Below, piece after piece: positions 21,573 through 33,134 of a DNA stretch of 64,000 bases. Each line of letters starts with the position of its first letter. Positions within the stretch are counted from its first letter, which is position 1. The position numbers and the translations under genes are program-made. The notes beneath the pieces were generated by a model. That model saw only the letters and a list, made by a program, of their open reading frames with translations. It did not search any database and was not told the origin of the DNA. Source of the stretch: Candidatus Dadabacteria bacterium (GTDB taxonomy: Bacteria > Desulfobacterota_D > UBA1144 > Nemesobacterales > CSP1-2); assembly GCA_963805855.1 (NCBI GenBank), contig CAWDVW010000005.1, positions 480,001-544,000 of the forward strand, read 5' to 3'.

Positions 21573-22958
21573 ATGCAAAATAAACTAAGCCCCATTCACG
21601 ATGATCACTTCCAAATAGCAAAAGGTATAGTTGGACAGTTAAAAAGCACCGGCTTTAAGGCATTCTTAGTAGGAGGGTGCGTAAGGGATATCGCCATGGG
21701 TATTCCTCCGCAAGAATACGATATTGCCACCAGTGCGACTCCCGGGGATGTTACGAAACTTTTCCCCACCACCGTACCGGTTGGTGTTAGTTTTGGTGTT
21801 GTTCTGGTGCTTGAAGGGAATAAAAGATTTGAGGTTGCTTCGTTCAGAAAAGAGGAAAAATATACAGACGGGAGACACCCCGACCGCGTAGTCTATAGCA
21901 CAGATGAAAAAGAGGACGTGATGAGAAGGGACTTTACGATCAATGGGATGCTTTACGAACCCTTTGAAGAAAAGGTAATTGATCTTATAGGCGGCTTAGA
22001 TGATATAAAAAGAAGGACAGTAAAGACAATCGGAAACCCTGATGATAGATTTAAAGAAGATAAACTTCGAATGCTTAGAGCAGTTCGCTTTGGCGCAGGC
22101 CTAGACTTTGAAATTGAAGAAAATACATTTCTTTCAATTAAATCATTGGCTCCGCTTATAACCCAGGTGAGTAAAGAGCGAATAAGAGATGAGATTATAA
22201 AGATAATAATTCAAAATCACCCCGGCAACGGCCTTAGACTCCTTAGGGAATCCAGACTTTTGAGATATATTCTTCCCGAGGTTGAGAAAATGAACGGTGT
22301 GCCTCAGCCACCAGAATTTCATCCAGAAGGCGATGTCTTTATCCATACCTGTATGATACTCGACAAGCTTTACGAAATCGCTGGAGGGAAAAACTCCGCC
22401 GAGTTAGCCATGGGCGCTCTTCTCCACGACGTTGGAAAACCTGATACATACACTGTTAGCGATAGAATTAGGTTTAACGGCCATGATCGAGTTGGCGCTA
22501 GGATAGCAAAGAACATCTGCAAGGATCTAAAGTTTTCCAAGAAGCAAATCGAAATTATAACATCCCTAGTTAAGGAGCATCTAAAATTCAAAGATGTTTT
22601 TAAGATGAGGGAGGCCACTATAAAAAGATTCCTCGGCATGTCAAAGTTCAACGATCATCTTAAACTTCACTTAGCGGATTGCCTCGCTAGCCACGGATCA
22701 ACAGAGGCATACGATTTAATAGTTAATAAACTGAAAGATTATAAAAAAGAGGAGCTGAAACCGACACCGCTCATTAATGGATACGACCTCATCGATATGG
22801 GATATCCGAGAGGCCCGCTGTACTCAAAGATACTCGACTCATTAGAGGAGGCACAGCTTGAAGGTATTGTGAATAACAAGGAAGAGGCTAAGAGTTTTAT
22901 TCAAAAAAGATTTCCCTTAGAAAACTTTATCCGATTTCCCAAAGAAATGGATGAATGA
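21573..22958 (+). CDS. cca: tRNA nucleotidyltransferase (CCA-adding family) with HD domain
   Basis: LVGGCVRD, YDIAT, RRDFTING, EDKLRMLRAVRF, SKERI, LLHDVGKP. Confidence 0.9.
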   Translation: MQNKLSPIHDDHFQIAKGIVGQLKSTGFKAFLVGGCVRDIAMGIPPQEYDIATSATPGDVTKLFPTTVPVGVSFGVVLVLEGNKRFEVASFRKEEKYTDGRHPDRVVYSTDEKEDVMRRDFTINGMLYEPFEEKVIDLIGGLDDIKRRTVKTIGNPDDRFKEDKLRMLRAVRFGAGLDFEIEENTFLSIKSLAPLITQVSKERIRDEIIKIIIQNHPGNGLRLLRESRLLRYILPEVEKMNGVPQPPEFHPEGDVFIHTCMILDKLYEIAGGKNSAELAMGALLHDVGKPDTYTVSDRIRFNGHDRVGARIAKNICKDLKFSKKQIEIITSLVKEHLKFKDVFKMREATIKRFLGMSKFNDHLKLHLADCLASHGSTEAYDLIVNKLKDYKKEELKPTPLINGYDLIDMGYPRGPLYSKILDSLEEAQLEGIVNNKEEAKSFIQKRFPLENFIRFPKEMDE

Positions 22959-22984
22959 TTATTTTGAGTTTTCCTAAACTATAA

Positions 22985-23416
22985 TTACTTATAAATGTCT
23001 TGGTCAAAATCAGGAGATATATACCATGCCTTACCGACCAAGATCCAACTGTCATCAACTATCAATGTCTTTTCAGAAACCGAAGGGTACTTATAAAACG
23101 TAATTAAAACCTCAATCGTTCCTTCTTGCCCCTCCTCGTCCAGAAGGACCTTTTTAACCTGATAATCCGTTATATTTAGGTTATCTTTATTCCGCTGTAC
23201 GAAGTCTTCAAACTGACTCCTCTCCTCCTGGTTAACCAAAGCCACTGCCTTGTCGTAGTATTTCCACATCAGTAGCTTATAGTACAGATCGGCGGATTCT
23301 GCAGGTGATTCCCTGCTTGGACCAGGTAAGCCAGGAGCCTTCAGTAATTCACTCATTGAATTACAGCCAAGGAGGAACAGGATTGAGAACGCAATTAATA
23401 ATTTATGTTTCATCAA
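22985..23416 (-). CDS. Hypothetical lipoprotein
   Basis: Lipobox LLGC after a hydrophobic signal; 143 aa ORF. Confidence 0.7.
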   Translation of the reverse strand: MMKHKLLIAFSILFLLGCNSMSELLKAPGLPGPSRESPAESADLYYKLLMWKYYDKAVALVNQEERSQFEDFVQRNKDNLNITDYQVKKVLLDEEGQEGTIEVLITFYKYPSVSEKTLIVDDSWILVGKAWYISPDFDQDIYK

Positions 23417-23487
23417 CAGAATCTCAAATTATGATAGGACATTGGCGAATCCAAGCTGTTGTTAAAGGAATGAAATCAATAAACGCC

Positions 23488-23523
23488 AAGTGAGAGAATA
23501 AAGATTTCTTTACTCTCTCACTT
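23488..23523 (-). terminator. Hairpin downstream of atpE
   Basis: aagtgagagagtaaag-aaat-ctttattctctcactt on the minus strand. Confidence 0.55.
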
Positions 23524-23542
23524 TGATCGCTTGCATTTATTA

Positions 23543-23881
23543 CTAGATTTTGGACTGAAGCAAAAAGGTGATTGCCAGGGCATATATCACTAGAGACTCT
23601 ATCAGAGCAAGACCTATGATCATAGGTGTCTGTATTTTTGAAGCTGCTCCGGGATTTCTTGCAATTCCGCTTAAGGCAGCTGCTGTAGCCCTCCCCTGAC
23701 CGATCCCACCTATTCCTGCGGCAATACCAATTCCAAGACCGCTTCCGATAGCAAGGCCTAGCTTGGCGAGCTCTCCCAGCTGTCCACCGGCCTCAGCGGC
23801 TTCCTGGGCCATAACATCTGGAACCAAGACCGCTAAAACAGCGAGCCCTACAACAGTGGCAAATGCCAGAACCTTTTTCAT
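23543..23881 (-). CDS. atpE: ATP synthase F0 subunit c
   Basis: [24 protein letters not shown]-terminal signal-like extension. Confidence 0.96.
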   Translation of the reverse strand: MKKVLAFATVVGLAVLAVLVPDVMAQEAAEAGGQLGELAKLGLAIGSGLGIGIAAGIGGIGQGRATAAALSGIARNPGAASKIQTPMIIGLALIESLVIYALAITFLLQSKI

Positions 23882-23936
23882 CTGAACACCTCCTTCGAGT
23901 TAATGGTTATTGAACTTAAAAACTGAATTTTTATTA

Positions 23937-24635
23937 TTATATCTCCGAATGTTCATGTGATATAGAAAGCGCTATATAAATAGCCGAAAGAATGGTAAAG
24001 ATAAAGGCCTGAAGAAAAGATATAAAAATCCCGAGCGCGATAAATATCGCAGGGATCACAAGATGTGTAAGATTCGTGAATATCCCCAAGACCAGATGAT
24101 CACCCGTCATATTCCAGAATAGCCTTAATGATAGCGACAAGGGCCGAACAAGATGACTGATAACCTCTATAATGATCATCAAAGGCGCAAGATAAATCAT
24201 GGGACCCATAAAATGCTTTAGATAACCAATACCATTCTCCTTAAATCCATAAAAGTTATACATGACGAAAATAACCAGGGCACATGCAACCGGTGTATTA
24301 TAATTGCCAGTTGGTGCAAGAAATCCAGGGATCAATCCAAGAAGGTTAGCAAAGAGAATGAAGAAGAACGTTGTGGCCAACAACGGGAAATACATCTTCG
24401 CATGATGACGAGATCCAAATATACCTGTCAATAAATCAAGCAGAAAATCTATACTCAAGATCTCAAAAATATTTCTTATAGAGAACTTCTCATCCGGAAG
24501 AATCGAATCTTTGTCGGATAGACTCTTCTTTATCTTCAATCCGGCGAAGATCAGAAAAAGTACTACCAGTATCGCGCCAAAAACCGGATCATACTGCCCC
24601 AATCCAAGTAATGTAAACCAGCTATAATGCTCCAT
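23937..24635 (-). CDS. atpB: ATP synthase F0 subunit a
   Basis: NLLGLIPG, RPLSLSLRLFWNM, LQAFIF. Likely start MEHYS at 24635. Confidence 0.96.
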   Translation of the reverse strand: MEHYSWFTLLGLGQYDPVFGAILVVLFLIFAGLKIKKSLSDKDSILPDEKFSIRNIFEILSIDFLLDLLTGIFGSRHHAKMYFPLLATTFFFILFANLLGLIPGFLAPTGNYNTPVACALVIFVMYNFYGFKENGIGYLKHFMGPMIYLAPLMIIIEVISHLVRPLSLSLRLFWNMTGDHLVLGIFTNLTHLVIPAIFIALGIFISFLQAFIFTILSAIYIALSISHEHSEI

Positions 24636-25008
24636 CCTTGTTTCCTCTGAGGCTTTCTCCAATAATTACTATAACTACGCCTGAAACCCCAATAAAAAAG
24701 CCATAGATATTGAGTTTTGTAAACAGAAAGAAAATGACAACCATAGCAACAAGCACCAGCATCTTGACGAGCAGAATAAAAATGCTGTACCCCTTTGTGT
24801 AGGCCTTACCGATAAGAGCACCAACCAGCAACCTGATTGCCAAAAAATTTGCTATTACCAACAAACCACCAACAGCCACCCCTATTGCCAGCGCCTGGGA
24901 TCCAAGAATCAAATTTACCAGAACAAGAATTCCAGTAACAACTATTCCGCTCTTCTCAACTCTCCCAAGAGTTAAGTTCTTGTTTATGTTCATCGCTGTT
25001 GATGTCAT
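24622..25008 (-). CDS. atpI: ATP synthase subunit I
   Basis: Four-helix membrane protein directly upstream of atpB. Confidence 0.75.
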   Translation of the reverse strand: MTSTAMNINKNLTLGRVEKSGIVVTGILVLVNLILGSQALAIGVAVGGLLVIANFLAIRLLVGALIGKAYTKGYSIFILLVKMLVLVAMVVIFFLFTKLNIYGFFIGVSGVVIVIIGESLRGNKDGAL

Positions 25009-25190
25009 TTTATTTTTTTGGCCATCCTAATCAGGAGTGCAAACCCCGAAATCATACCAGCTATGAGACCAATAATCGTAAACCATGGGGTTTTAGCACC
25101 TATCCATTTATCGACATAGTGACCTAAAATAAGCCCGGCCACAACTGAAAAAGCTAATTCAACGCCTATGGCAAAGTATTGTAACCACAA
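25005..25190 (-). CDS. atpZ: AtpZ/AtpI-family small membrane protein (start uncertain)
   Basis: GLILGHYVDKWIG..PWFTIIGL motif. First gene of the atp cluster. Confidence 0.8.
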   Translation of the reverse strand: MWLQYFAIGVELAFSVVAGLILGHYVDKWIGAKTPWFTIIGLIAGMISGFALLIRMAKKIK

Positions 25191-25231
25191 TAGGTTCTTT
25201 TTTTCTTTAACCTTTAAATTTCCTCCCGCTA

Positions 25232-26521
25232 TTAAAACGATTTCGCCACTCTTGAAAACGCCTTTAGAGTCATATCAATATCCGATTCTTTATGAGCGAG
25301 CGATACAAACACGGCTTCAAACTGAGAAGGCGGAAACATAATACCAGCCTTTAATAGGCTTTTAAAGAACCTAGCATAAATTTTTGTATCGGACTTTAAA
25401 GCGGTCTCATAATCAACAACATCGGAGTCTGTGAAAAAGATAGTGAACATGGAACCTATTGAATTTATCCTGGCATTTATACTGTGTTTCTTTAAGATCT
25501 TATCCATACCTTTGACAAGTTGTTGAGTCATTTCATTCAGTTTCTTATAGGTCCCCTTTTTTCGAAGACCATTTATAGTCGACATTCCTGCCGCCATTGC
25601 AAGCGGATTTCCCGACAATGTTCCTGCCTGGTAAACAGGACCAATCGGAGCAACCAACTTCATTATTTCTCTCTTCCCACCATAGGCACCTACAGGGAGA
25701 CCACCTCCAATTATTTTACCCAGGCACGTTAGATCCGGCGTTACGCCGTAAGTCTTTTGAGCCCCTCCAAGACCCAACCTGAATCCACTAATGACCTCAT
25801 CAAATATAAGCAATGCACCGTTATCCTCTGTAATCCTTCTTAAAGACTCCAAAAACCCCTCGACAGGTGTTACAACTCCCATATTCGCCGCTACAGGTTC
25901 GATTATTATTGCAGCTATTTTATCTTTATGCTTTCTAAAAAGATTTCGTACCGACTCAATATCATTGAACCTAGCCAGAAGCGTATTTAAAGTAAACCCT
26001 TTTGGCACTCCAGGGCTGGAAGGAGTTCCAAATGTAGTTGCACCTGATCCGGCTTTCACCAGAAGGTAATCTGCGTGGCCATGGTAGCATCCTTCAAACT
26101 TCACAATTAAATCGCGGCCGGTAAATGCCCTTGCCACCCTAACGGCACTCATTGTAGCTTCAGTGCCCGAATTTGTCATACGGACCATTTCAATCGAGGG
26201 GAATGCTTTTACAATAAGTTCTGAAAGCTCTATTTCCCTTTCACACGAGGCTCCAAAACTTGTCCCATTTTCAGCGGCCTTTTTTATCGCTCTTACAACA
26301 TCTGGGTGGGCATGTCCCAGAATTAGAGGTCCCCAAGAAGCGATATAATCTATATACTTATTTCCATCCTCATCATATACATATGCGCCTTTTCCCCTTG
26401 ATATAAATATCGGACTGCCACCCACAGCTCTGTAGGAACGAACCGGGCTATTCACGCCGCCCGGCATCAAACGCTCCGCTAGTTTTTGCAATCTGGTTGA
26501 TTTACTAGTTTTCAATCTCAT
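25232..26521 (-). CDS. hemL: Glutamate-1-semialdehyde 2,1-aminomutase
   Basis: MPGGVNSPVR, NSGTEATM, FEGCYHGH, FDEV, GKIIGGGLPVGAYGG, YQAGTLSGNP. Confidence 0.97.
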   Translation of the reverse strand: MRLKTSKSTRLQKLAERLMPGGVNSPVRSYRAVGGSPIFISRGKGAYVYDEDGNKYIDYIASWGPLILGHAHPDVVRAIKKAAENGTSFGASCEREIELSELIVKAFPSIEMVRMTNSGTEATMSAVRVARAFTGRDLIVKFEGCYHGHADYLLVKAGSGATTFGTPSSPGVPKGFTLNTLLARFNDIESVRNLFRKHKDKIAAIIIEPVAANMGVVTPVEGFLESLRRITEDNGALLIFDEVISGFRLGLGGAQKTYGVTPDLTCLGKIIGGGLPVGAYGGKREIMKLVAPIGPVYQAGTLSGNPLAMAAGMSTINGLRKKGTYKKLNEMTQQLVKGMDKILKKHSINARINSIGSMFTIFFTDSDVVDYETALKSDTKIYARFFKSLLKAGIMFPPSQFEAVFVSLAHKESDIDMTLKAFSRVAKSF

Positions 26522-26623
26522 TGACAGATTACGGTGGAAGGACAATTATAGAAAAAGCCTGTATAAATAAGTGGGAAACTCCAAATGGCTTACAAAACCA
26601 TCCCTCAAGAACCCAAAATAAGC

Positions 26624-26656
26624 AAAGGGGGGGGAAGAAGATTTCTTCTCTCCTTT
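26624..26656 (-). terminator. Hairpin downstream of the Pal-like gene cluster
   Basis: aaaggagagaag-aaat-cttcttcccccccc-ttt on the minus strand, followed by T-rich sequence. Confidence 0.5.
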
Positions 26657-26742
26657 CCCCCCACCTCATCTTGCTATTTATTGGCCCTAAACATGTAAAA
26701 AAATAGAGCCTGATTTTCTACAAAAGCAGGACTACTTTCACC

Positions 26743-27507
26743 TTAATTATATTTAAAGTAAATCCTGGCCCCTACTTTCGCTTGAGGCTGCATGGGAACA
26801 AAGTGTGCCCTTCTGTTTAGCTGATAGGCCTCTTCAGTTGTACCAGCCCCAAACTTCTCTGTTTCACCACCACTTGAAGTCTGTATCCTCATTGGATCAA
26901 TTCCTAGCTGGACAAGATAAGCCTTGGTTGAATCAGCTCTCCTCTGAGCAAGCCTCAGGTTATATGCGGGAGTACCCCTTATATCAGCGTAACCCTCGAT
27001 CATAACCGTCATATTCATGCTGTCTCGAAGTAGTTGAGCGTCCTCTTCGAGAACTGCGGCTGCGTCAGGTCGAATATTGTACTTATCAAAATCAAAGAAA
27101 ATATCCTTCAATTCAGGCGCAGGTGGCGGCGGGGGTGGCGGCGGTGCTACTGTCGTACACTTAAACTTAGCTTCATCCGCCTTTGCTTTAGCATCAATGA
27201 GCATCCTTCTAGCCTCTAGTTCGCTACAAAACTCACTCGCAAGGGCTCTTCCTTTAGCAAGCGCACTCTCTGCGGCCGCAAGTTCCTCATCTCCACACGG
27301 ATATCCGCAATACTGCGCATCCGGCTGCCCCACATTTTTACACCAGTCCGTTTTGCAAGCGTCACATTGAGCTTTAGCGTCTGCAAACGCTGACTCAGCA
27401 TCGGCAAGCTCCTTTGTTGGGGGGGGAGTTGCACAGCTCACTAAATAAAGCAATGCAACAATTAGCAAGGGAAAACCTAGCAAAATAATCTGCTTATCCC
27501 TTTTCAT
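26743..27507 (-). CDS. OmpA/Pal-family lipoprotein with DUF4398-like, Cys-rich N-terminal domain
   Basis: Lipobox LVSC, poly-Pro linker, IFFDFDK, IEGYADIRG..YNLRLAQRRA, NRRAHF. Confidence 0.88.
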   Translation of the reverse strand: MKRDKQIILLGFPLLIVALLYLVSCATPPPTKELADAESAFADAKAQCDACKTDWCKNVGQPDAQYCGYPCGDEELAAAESALAKGRALASEFCSELEARRMLIDAKAKADEAKFKCTTVAPPPPPPPPAPELKDIFFDFDKYNIRPDAAAVLEEDAQLLRDSMNMTVMIEGYADIRGTPAYNLRLAQRRADSTKAYLVQLGIDPMRIQTSSGGETEKFGAGTTEEAYQLNRRAHFVPMQPQAKVGARIYFKYN

Positions 27508-27572
27508 TTTACTGCACCTCCTTTAAGAGTATTTATTTACAAAATCAGTAACCTATAATAATACTAATAAAT

Positions 27573-28286
27573 CTAAACCGCAAGTTCATCTAATTTCTCT
27601 TTTGCGATCTTAGCTTCATCCGACTTTGGGTATTTATCGATCAGGGTCTGAAGAAAAAGCTTGGCCTCTTCCTTTCTCCCTATATTAATCAACGCGAGCC
27701 CTTGTTTTAAATATGATAAAGGAACCCTTGAGTCTTTTGGATAGGTATCAATAAATCGCTGGAAATCCAGTATAGCCTGTTCAAATTTACCCTCTCGGTA
27801 ATATGACTCAGCGATCCAGTAGATAGCGTCCGACGCCTCTGGTGAAGTTGGATTTTGGTCCAGAAACAGATTGAATTGTTCCCTTGCCTTATTGTAGTTT
27901 CCCTCGCTAAGATCTTTGTATCCAGCAGAAAACAACGGAGCACTCGCCTGAGTTGAACCGGTACTTCCCCCCGTTATCATGTTTTCGAACTGAGAACTGG
28001 AAGATTGTACACTACTCAATTCATCGACCCTTTTCTTAAGAGCTGAGTTTGCTCTTTCCATATTATTTACCTTTTTTTCTAAAGCCACTAATTCATCCAT
28101 CATCTCACCGCTGTTTGAAGCTAACGATTGTCTTTTAATCGCTTCAATCTCCTGCGACAACTTCTCCGTTTTAGCTTCTAGCCTATTCTGCCTAATATAA
28201 ACCCCCCTAACGTCATCCTGCGTAGCGACACACCCAAATAACATGATAAAGCCGGGTAACGCGAAAAAAATATACCTATATCTCAT
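27573..28286 (-). CDS. cpoB: Tol-Pal-associated TPR protein YbgF/CpoB
   Basis: Lipoprotein signal, coiled coil, TPRs (AIYWIAESYY, YLKQG, LIDKYPKSDEA). Adjacent to Pal-like genes. Confidence 0.85.
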   Translation of the reverse strand: MRYRYIFFALPGFIMLFGCVATQDDVRGVYIRQNRLEAKTEKLSQEIEAIKRQSLASNSGEMMDELVALEKKVNNMERANSALKKRVDELSSVQSSSSQFENMITGGSTGSTQASAPLFSAGYKDLSEGNYNKAREQFNLFLDQNPTSPEASDAIYWIAESYYREGKFEQAILDFQRFIDTYPKDSRVPLSYLKQGLALINIGRKEEAKLFLQTLIDKYPKSDEAKIAKEKLDELAV

Positions 28287-28297
28287 TAAAATTAATA

Positions 28298-29029
28298 TTA
28301 CCTTGAAGCCTGTGGGGACATCAACACCGGGACAAAATGCGCTCTTCTGTTTTGCTGATAATCATATTCCGTAGCCCCCGGTGCCCACTGTTCAGTTTCG
28401 CCTTTACTTATAGTCTCAAGAGAAGACGGGGAAACACCAATTCCTACGAGAAAGGACTTGGTAGAATCAGCCCTTCTTTGTCCCAAAGCCAGGTTATATT
28501 CTTCCGTACCACGAATGTCGCAATATCCTTCAATCACAACAACCCTTAACCTACCAGAATTGCTATTAATTATACTCGCATTGGTCTGAAGTGTCGGCCT
28601 CGCATCGGATCTGATATCTGACCTATCATAATCAAAGAAAACATCCATCATTCCCATACTCGATCCACCAGCACCCTTGAGCATTGAAAGCTCCTCTTCC
28701 AACGCCTGTGATTCGGCACCGCTCATGCCTCCTCTGGCAGCGGCACTTTCTGCCTTCCCCTTCGCTTCAATCGCTTTGTATCTAGCGTCCACTAATAGGT
28801 CACGTGCTTCTTTATGCCTACCAGCCGCCATCATTTCTTTCGCTCTATTGATGAGCTCTTGTGCGGCTTCGTACTCAGCCGGCGCAAGCTCTGGAGCACC
28901 CGCCTGTCTCGCTGCTTCTAGTGCGGCCTCAGCATCTTCAAGCTCCTTATTGCTATTCGCACAACCAGTCGAGTAAATAGACAGGGCAAAAATCATTAAA
29001 ACAACTAGAGAAAAAACCTTTTCTTTCAT
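28298..29029 (-). CDS. Pal-like OmpA lipoprotein with DUF4398 domain
   Basis: Lipobox STGC, ARQAGAPELAPAEY, VFFDYDRS, IEGYCDIRGTEEYNLALGQRRA. Confidence 0.88.
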   Translation of the reverse strand: MKEKVFSLVVLMIFALSIYSTGCANSNKELEDAEAALEAARQAGAPELAPAEYEAAQELINRAKEMMAAGRHKEARDLLVDARYKAIEAKGKAESAAARGGMSGAESQALEEELSMLKGAGGSSMGMMDVFFDYDRSDIRSDARPTLQTNASIINSNSGRLRVVVIEGYCDIRGTEEYNLALGQRRADSTKSFLVGIGVSPSSLETISKGETEQWAPGATEYDYQQNRRAHFVPVLMSPQASR

Positions 29030-29354
29030 CAATCGACCTCCGAGCATAATCTCATCCTATCTCTTTAATAGCATTTTATCATTTTGTTATACATGTGATT
29101 TTTACATTATTTTGTGATGTAAGTCAAGAGATTTTTTAAAGAAATAATCATTGTATGGGTTATGGAATTGCCGTTTTTAATCCATAATACTCTTAATTCA
29201 TTAATTTATCATAGAAATATTATCAAAAAAGTGGTCGATGTGTTATTATTGAAAACAAATATTCTAAACATACAGGGGCAAATCGTGCGGCGATTGCTCT
29301 TCATATTTCGCTAATGATTTAAGACCTTTATTCAAGCATAAAAAGGAGTTAGGG

Positions 29355-29936
29355 ATGAGCAAAGAAGAAGGAAGTTCTGTAGCGGGCGCCTTTTGGACCT
29401 TAGCACCTGTTGTCGCAATTACAAGCTCCTGGCAAGGCAAAGTGAATGCCCAAATTGCAGTTACAGTCATCACAGCGTCTATCGTTCACACCATACCCAG
29501 GTTAATAGTAGGAATCTGGAAGGGTAATTACACACACGAATTCATCATAAACAGTAAATCACTCGCAGTTCATCTATTAAGAAAAGATCAGATCGGTTTG
29601 GTAAGGAACTTCGGATTTTACACCGGTAGAGAAAGAAAAAAGCTAAAAGAAGTCACATTTAGCTTGGGAATGTCCGGAAGCCCTATTCTTCACGATGCCC
29701 ACTCTTTTGCCGACTGTAAGGTAATTAATGCAATGGACGGTGGTGATATGACAACATTCATGGCCGATGTTATTGATGGTGGAATAATTAGTGGGGGTGA
29801 ATGGATGACCCTTAGTTATTTTTATAGTGCGGCTCCTCCGGAATGGATAACCGAATATGCCGAGAAGCTATCCAGATCTGTAGCTCTTTCGCTAGAAGGG
29901 ATTCATCAGATAAGCTACGAACCATGGAACCCTTGA
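29355..29936 (+). CDS. Flavin reductase-like domain protein
   Basis: NYTHEFI..S..LAVHLL, FGFYTGR, GSPIL, GDMTTF. Confidence 0.8.
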   Translation: MSKEEGSSVAGAFWTLAPVVAITSSWQGKVNAQIAVTVITASIVHTIPRLIVGIWKGNYTHEFIINSKSLAVHLLRKDQIGLVRNFGFYTGRERKKLKEVTFSLGMSGSPILHDAHSFADCKVINAMDGGDMTTFMADVIDGGIISGGEWMTLSYFYSAAPPEWITEYAEKLSRSVALSLEGIHQISYEPWNP

Positions 29937-30341
29937 TTTTATTGGGCAAGAAATGAGAAGTTCATCATAAAAATATCAATTTAGCGAATCGCGTCTATAT
30001 TCACCACTCATTTATCCATGATAGGGTCTTTTAATTCTAAAACCTGAAATATTCATTCGTGCTCGTATATTAAGTAAAACATATACTTGGGTTTTTGTTT
30101 CATTTCTGTTATAATTTAGAGGTTATTAATTGTAAAACATTAAAAGCTAGACTTCGGAGTCAAAGACAGGGATAAAACACTGGCTAGAAATTCTGGTAAC
30201 TATTCTAATATCTTCACAAGTAACGATAACAAAATCAACCCTTACCTCAAACTATTCCCAAACAAAGAAAATAATCTTAATTCCTCGGTGTTACAATAGA
30301 TTAATTCAAATAACTTAATTGGGAGGACCAATTTACTCAAT

Positions 30342-31310
30342 ATGCAAGATACCTTAAAAGAATTAGATGAAATCACGAGCGAGATAGTCTTCGAAGACAA
30401 TGGCGCTATAATGGAGCTCTACGGTGAACATAACGAAAACCTAAAAGAAATTGAGAATATATTTGGAGTTAGCATTTACTCAAGGGGCGGGAAAATTACC
30501 ATTAAAGGCGCAGGTAAGGGAGTGGAGGCTTCAACAAAGTTCCTCAATGAAATTTATAATATCATCACAAAGGGGTATAAACTCGAACTAGGAGACATTG
30601 AACCTGCTGCCAGGATAGTCATTGAAGATAAGGTTTCACTCGAAGAAATCTTCTTGGATACCGTCTGTATATCAACAAGGAAAAGAATAATTGCGCCCAA
30701 AAGCATAACCCAGAAGATATATATAGAAGCCATTCGTAAAAATGATATTGTTTTTGGTATCGGTCCTGCGGGAACGGGTAAAACCTATCTCGCTATGGCT
30801 ATGGCTGTTTCAGCCTTCTTAAATCGTGAGGTAAGCAGGATAATACTGACCAGACCAGCGGTTGAGGCAGGGGAAAAATTAGGGTTCTTACCCGGAGATC
30901 TCAGTCAAAAGGTCGACCCTTACCTTAGGCCGCTATTCGATGCACTTTTTGACATGATGGATATCGAAAAGTCCTCAAGACTAATCGAAAAGGGAGCAAT
31001 TGAAATTGCACCATTGGCCTTTATGAGGGGGAGGACCCTAAACGACGCATTTGTGATTCTGGATGAGGCGCAAAATACAACTTCTCTGCAGATGAAAATG
31101 TTTTTAACACGGCTGGGTTTTAGTTCGAAGGCTGTAATCACCGGAGATACAACCCAGGTTGACCTTGGTCAAAACGATAAATCCGGACTCCTTGAAGTCG
31201 AACAGCTTCTCAAGGGTATAGACGAGATATCTTTTGTTTACTTCACCAAAAGGGATGTCATAAGGCACCCCCTAGTAAAGCGAATCATAGAGGCGTATGA
31301 AAAAGTTTGA
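30342..31310 (+). CDS. phoH: PhoH-family ATPase
   Basis: GPAGTGKT, RPAVEAGEKLGFLPG, LAFMRGRT, DEAQN, RHPLV. Confidence 0.95.
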   Translation: MQDTLKELDEITSEIVFEDNGAIMELYGEHNENLKEIENIFGVSIYSRGGKITIKGAGKGVEASTKFLNEIYNIITKGYKLELGDIEPAARIVIEDKVSLEEIFLDTVCISTRKRIIAPKSITQKIYIEAIRKNDIVFGIGPAGTGKTYLAMAMAVSAFLNREVSRIILTRPAVEAGEKLGFLPGDLSQKVDPYLRPLFDALFDMMDIEKSSRLIEKGAIEIAPLAFMRGRTLNDAFVILDEAQNTTSLQMKMFLTRLGFSSKAVITGDTTQVDLGQNDKSGLLEVEQLLKGIDEISFVYFTKRDVIRHPLVKRIIEAYEKV

Positions 31311-31374
31311 ATTTTGCGAATGGCTTGTCAAAAATTTCAAACATATTGTATAATTTCAAATTTGGAAGCTAGTT

Positions 31375-31818
31375 ATGACCAGAATATCTAATTTTTTCCT
31401 ATTCATATTTATTCCAGCAGTCCTGATTTCTTGTAATAAGCAATGGCAAGATCCGAACACGGCCGTCCCCTATAAGCATACATCAATACGGGAAATATTA
31501 ATAGCGCCAATAGGTTATGACAGTGCGGGGGTATCGGTCGAAGGTATGGTCTGGGATTTAAATTATGATCTGCTTGTTGAAGATGAAAAAGAAATCCCAT
31601 ATACGAGCTTCAAAATTGCAGACTCTGACGGGAATTATGTCAATGTATTCGCAGAAGGGAATTACCCTTTGATTGATGGTGACCAAGTAAAAGTAATCGG
31701 AGTGTATAGAAGGGAGCAGATTACAGAATATCGTAAATACATCAATGAGATCGATGCCAATAGTATAGAAGTGGGAAGGACATCCACATTATATAAAATT
31801 TATAGGTACATACGTTAA
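31375..31818 (+). CDS. Hypothetical lipoprotein, possible OB-fold
   Basis: Lipobox LISC; beta-rich pattern VSVEGMV...GDQVKVIG. Confidence 0.65.
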   Translation: MTRISNFFLFIFIPAVLISCNKQWQDPNTAVPYKHTSIREILIAPIGYDSAGVSVEGMVWDLNYDLLVEDEKEIPYTSFKIADSDGNYVNVFAEGNYPLIDGDQVKVIGVYRREQITEYRKYINEIDANSIEVGRTSTLYKIYRYIR

Positions 31819-31838
31819 CTGACTAAGATAGGCTTACA

Positions 31839-33134
<1,296 letters not shown>

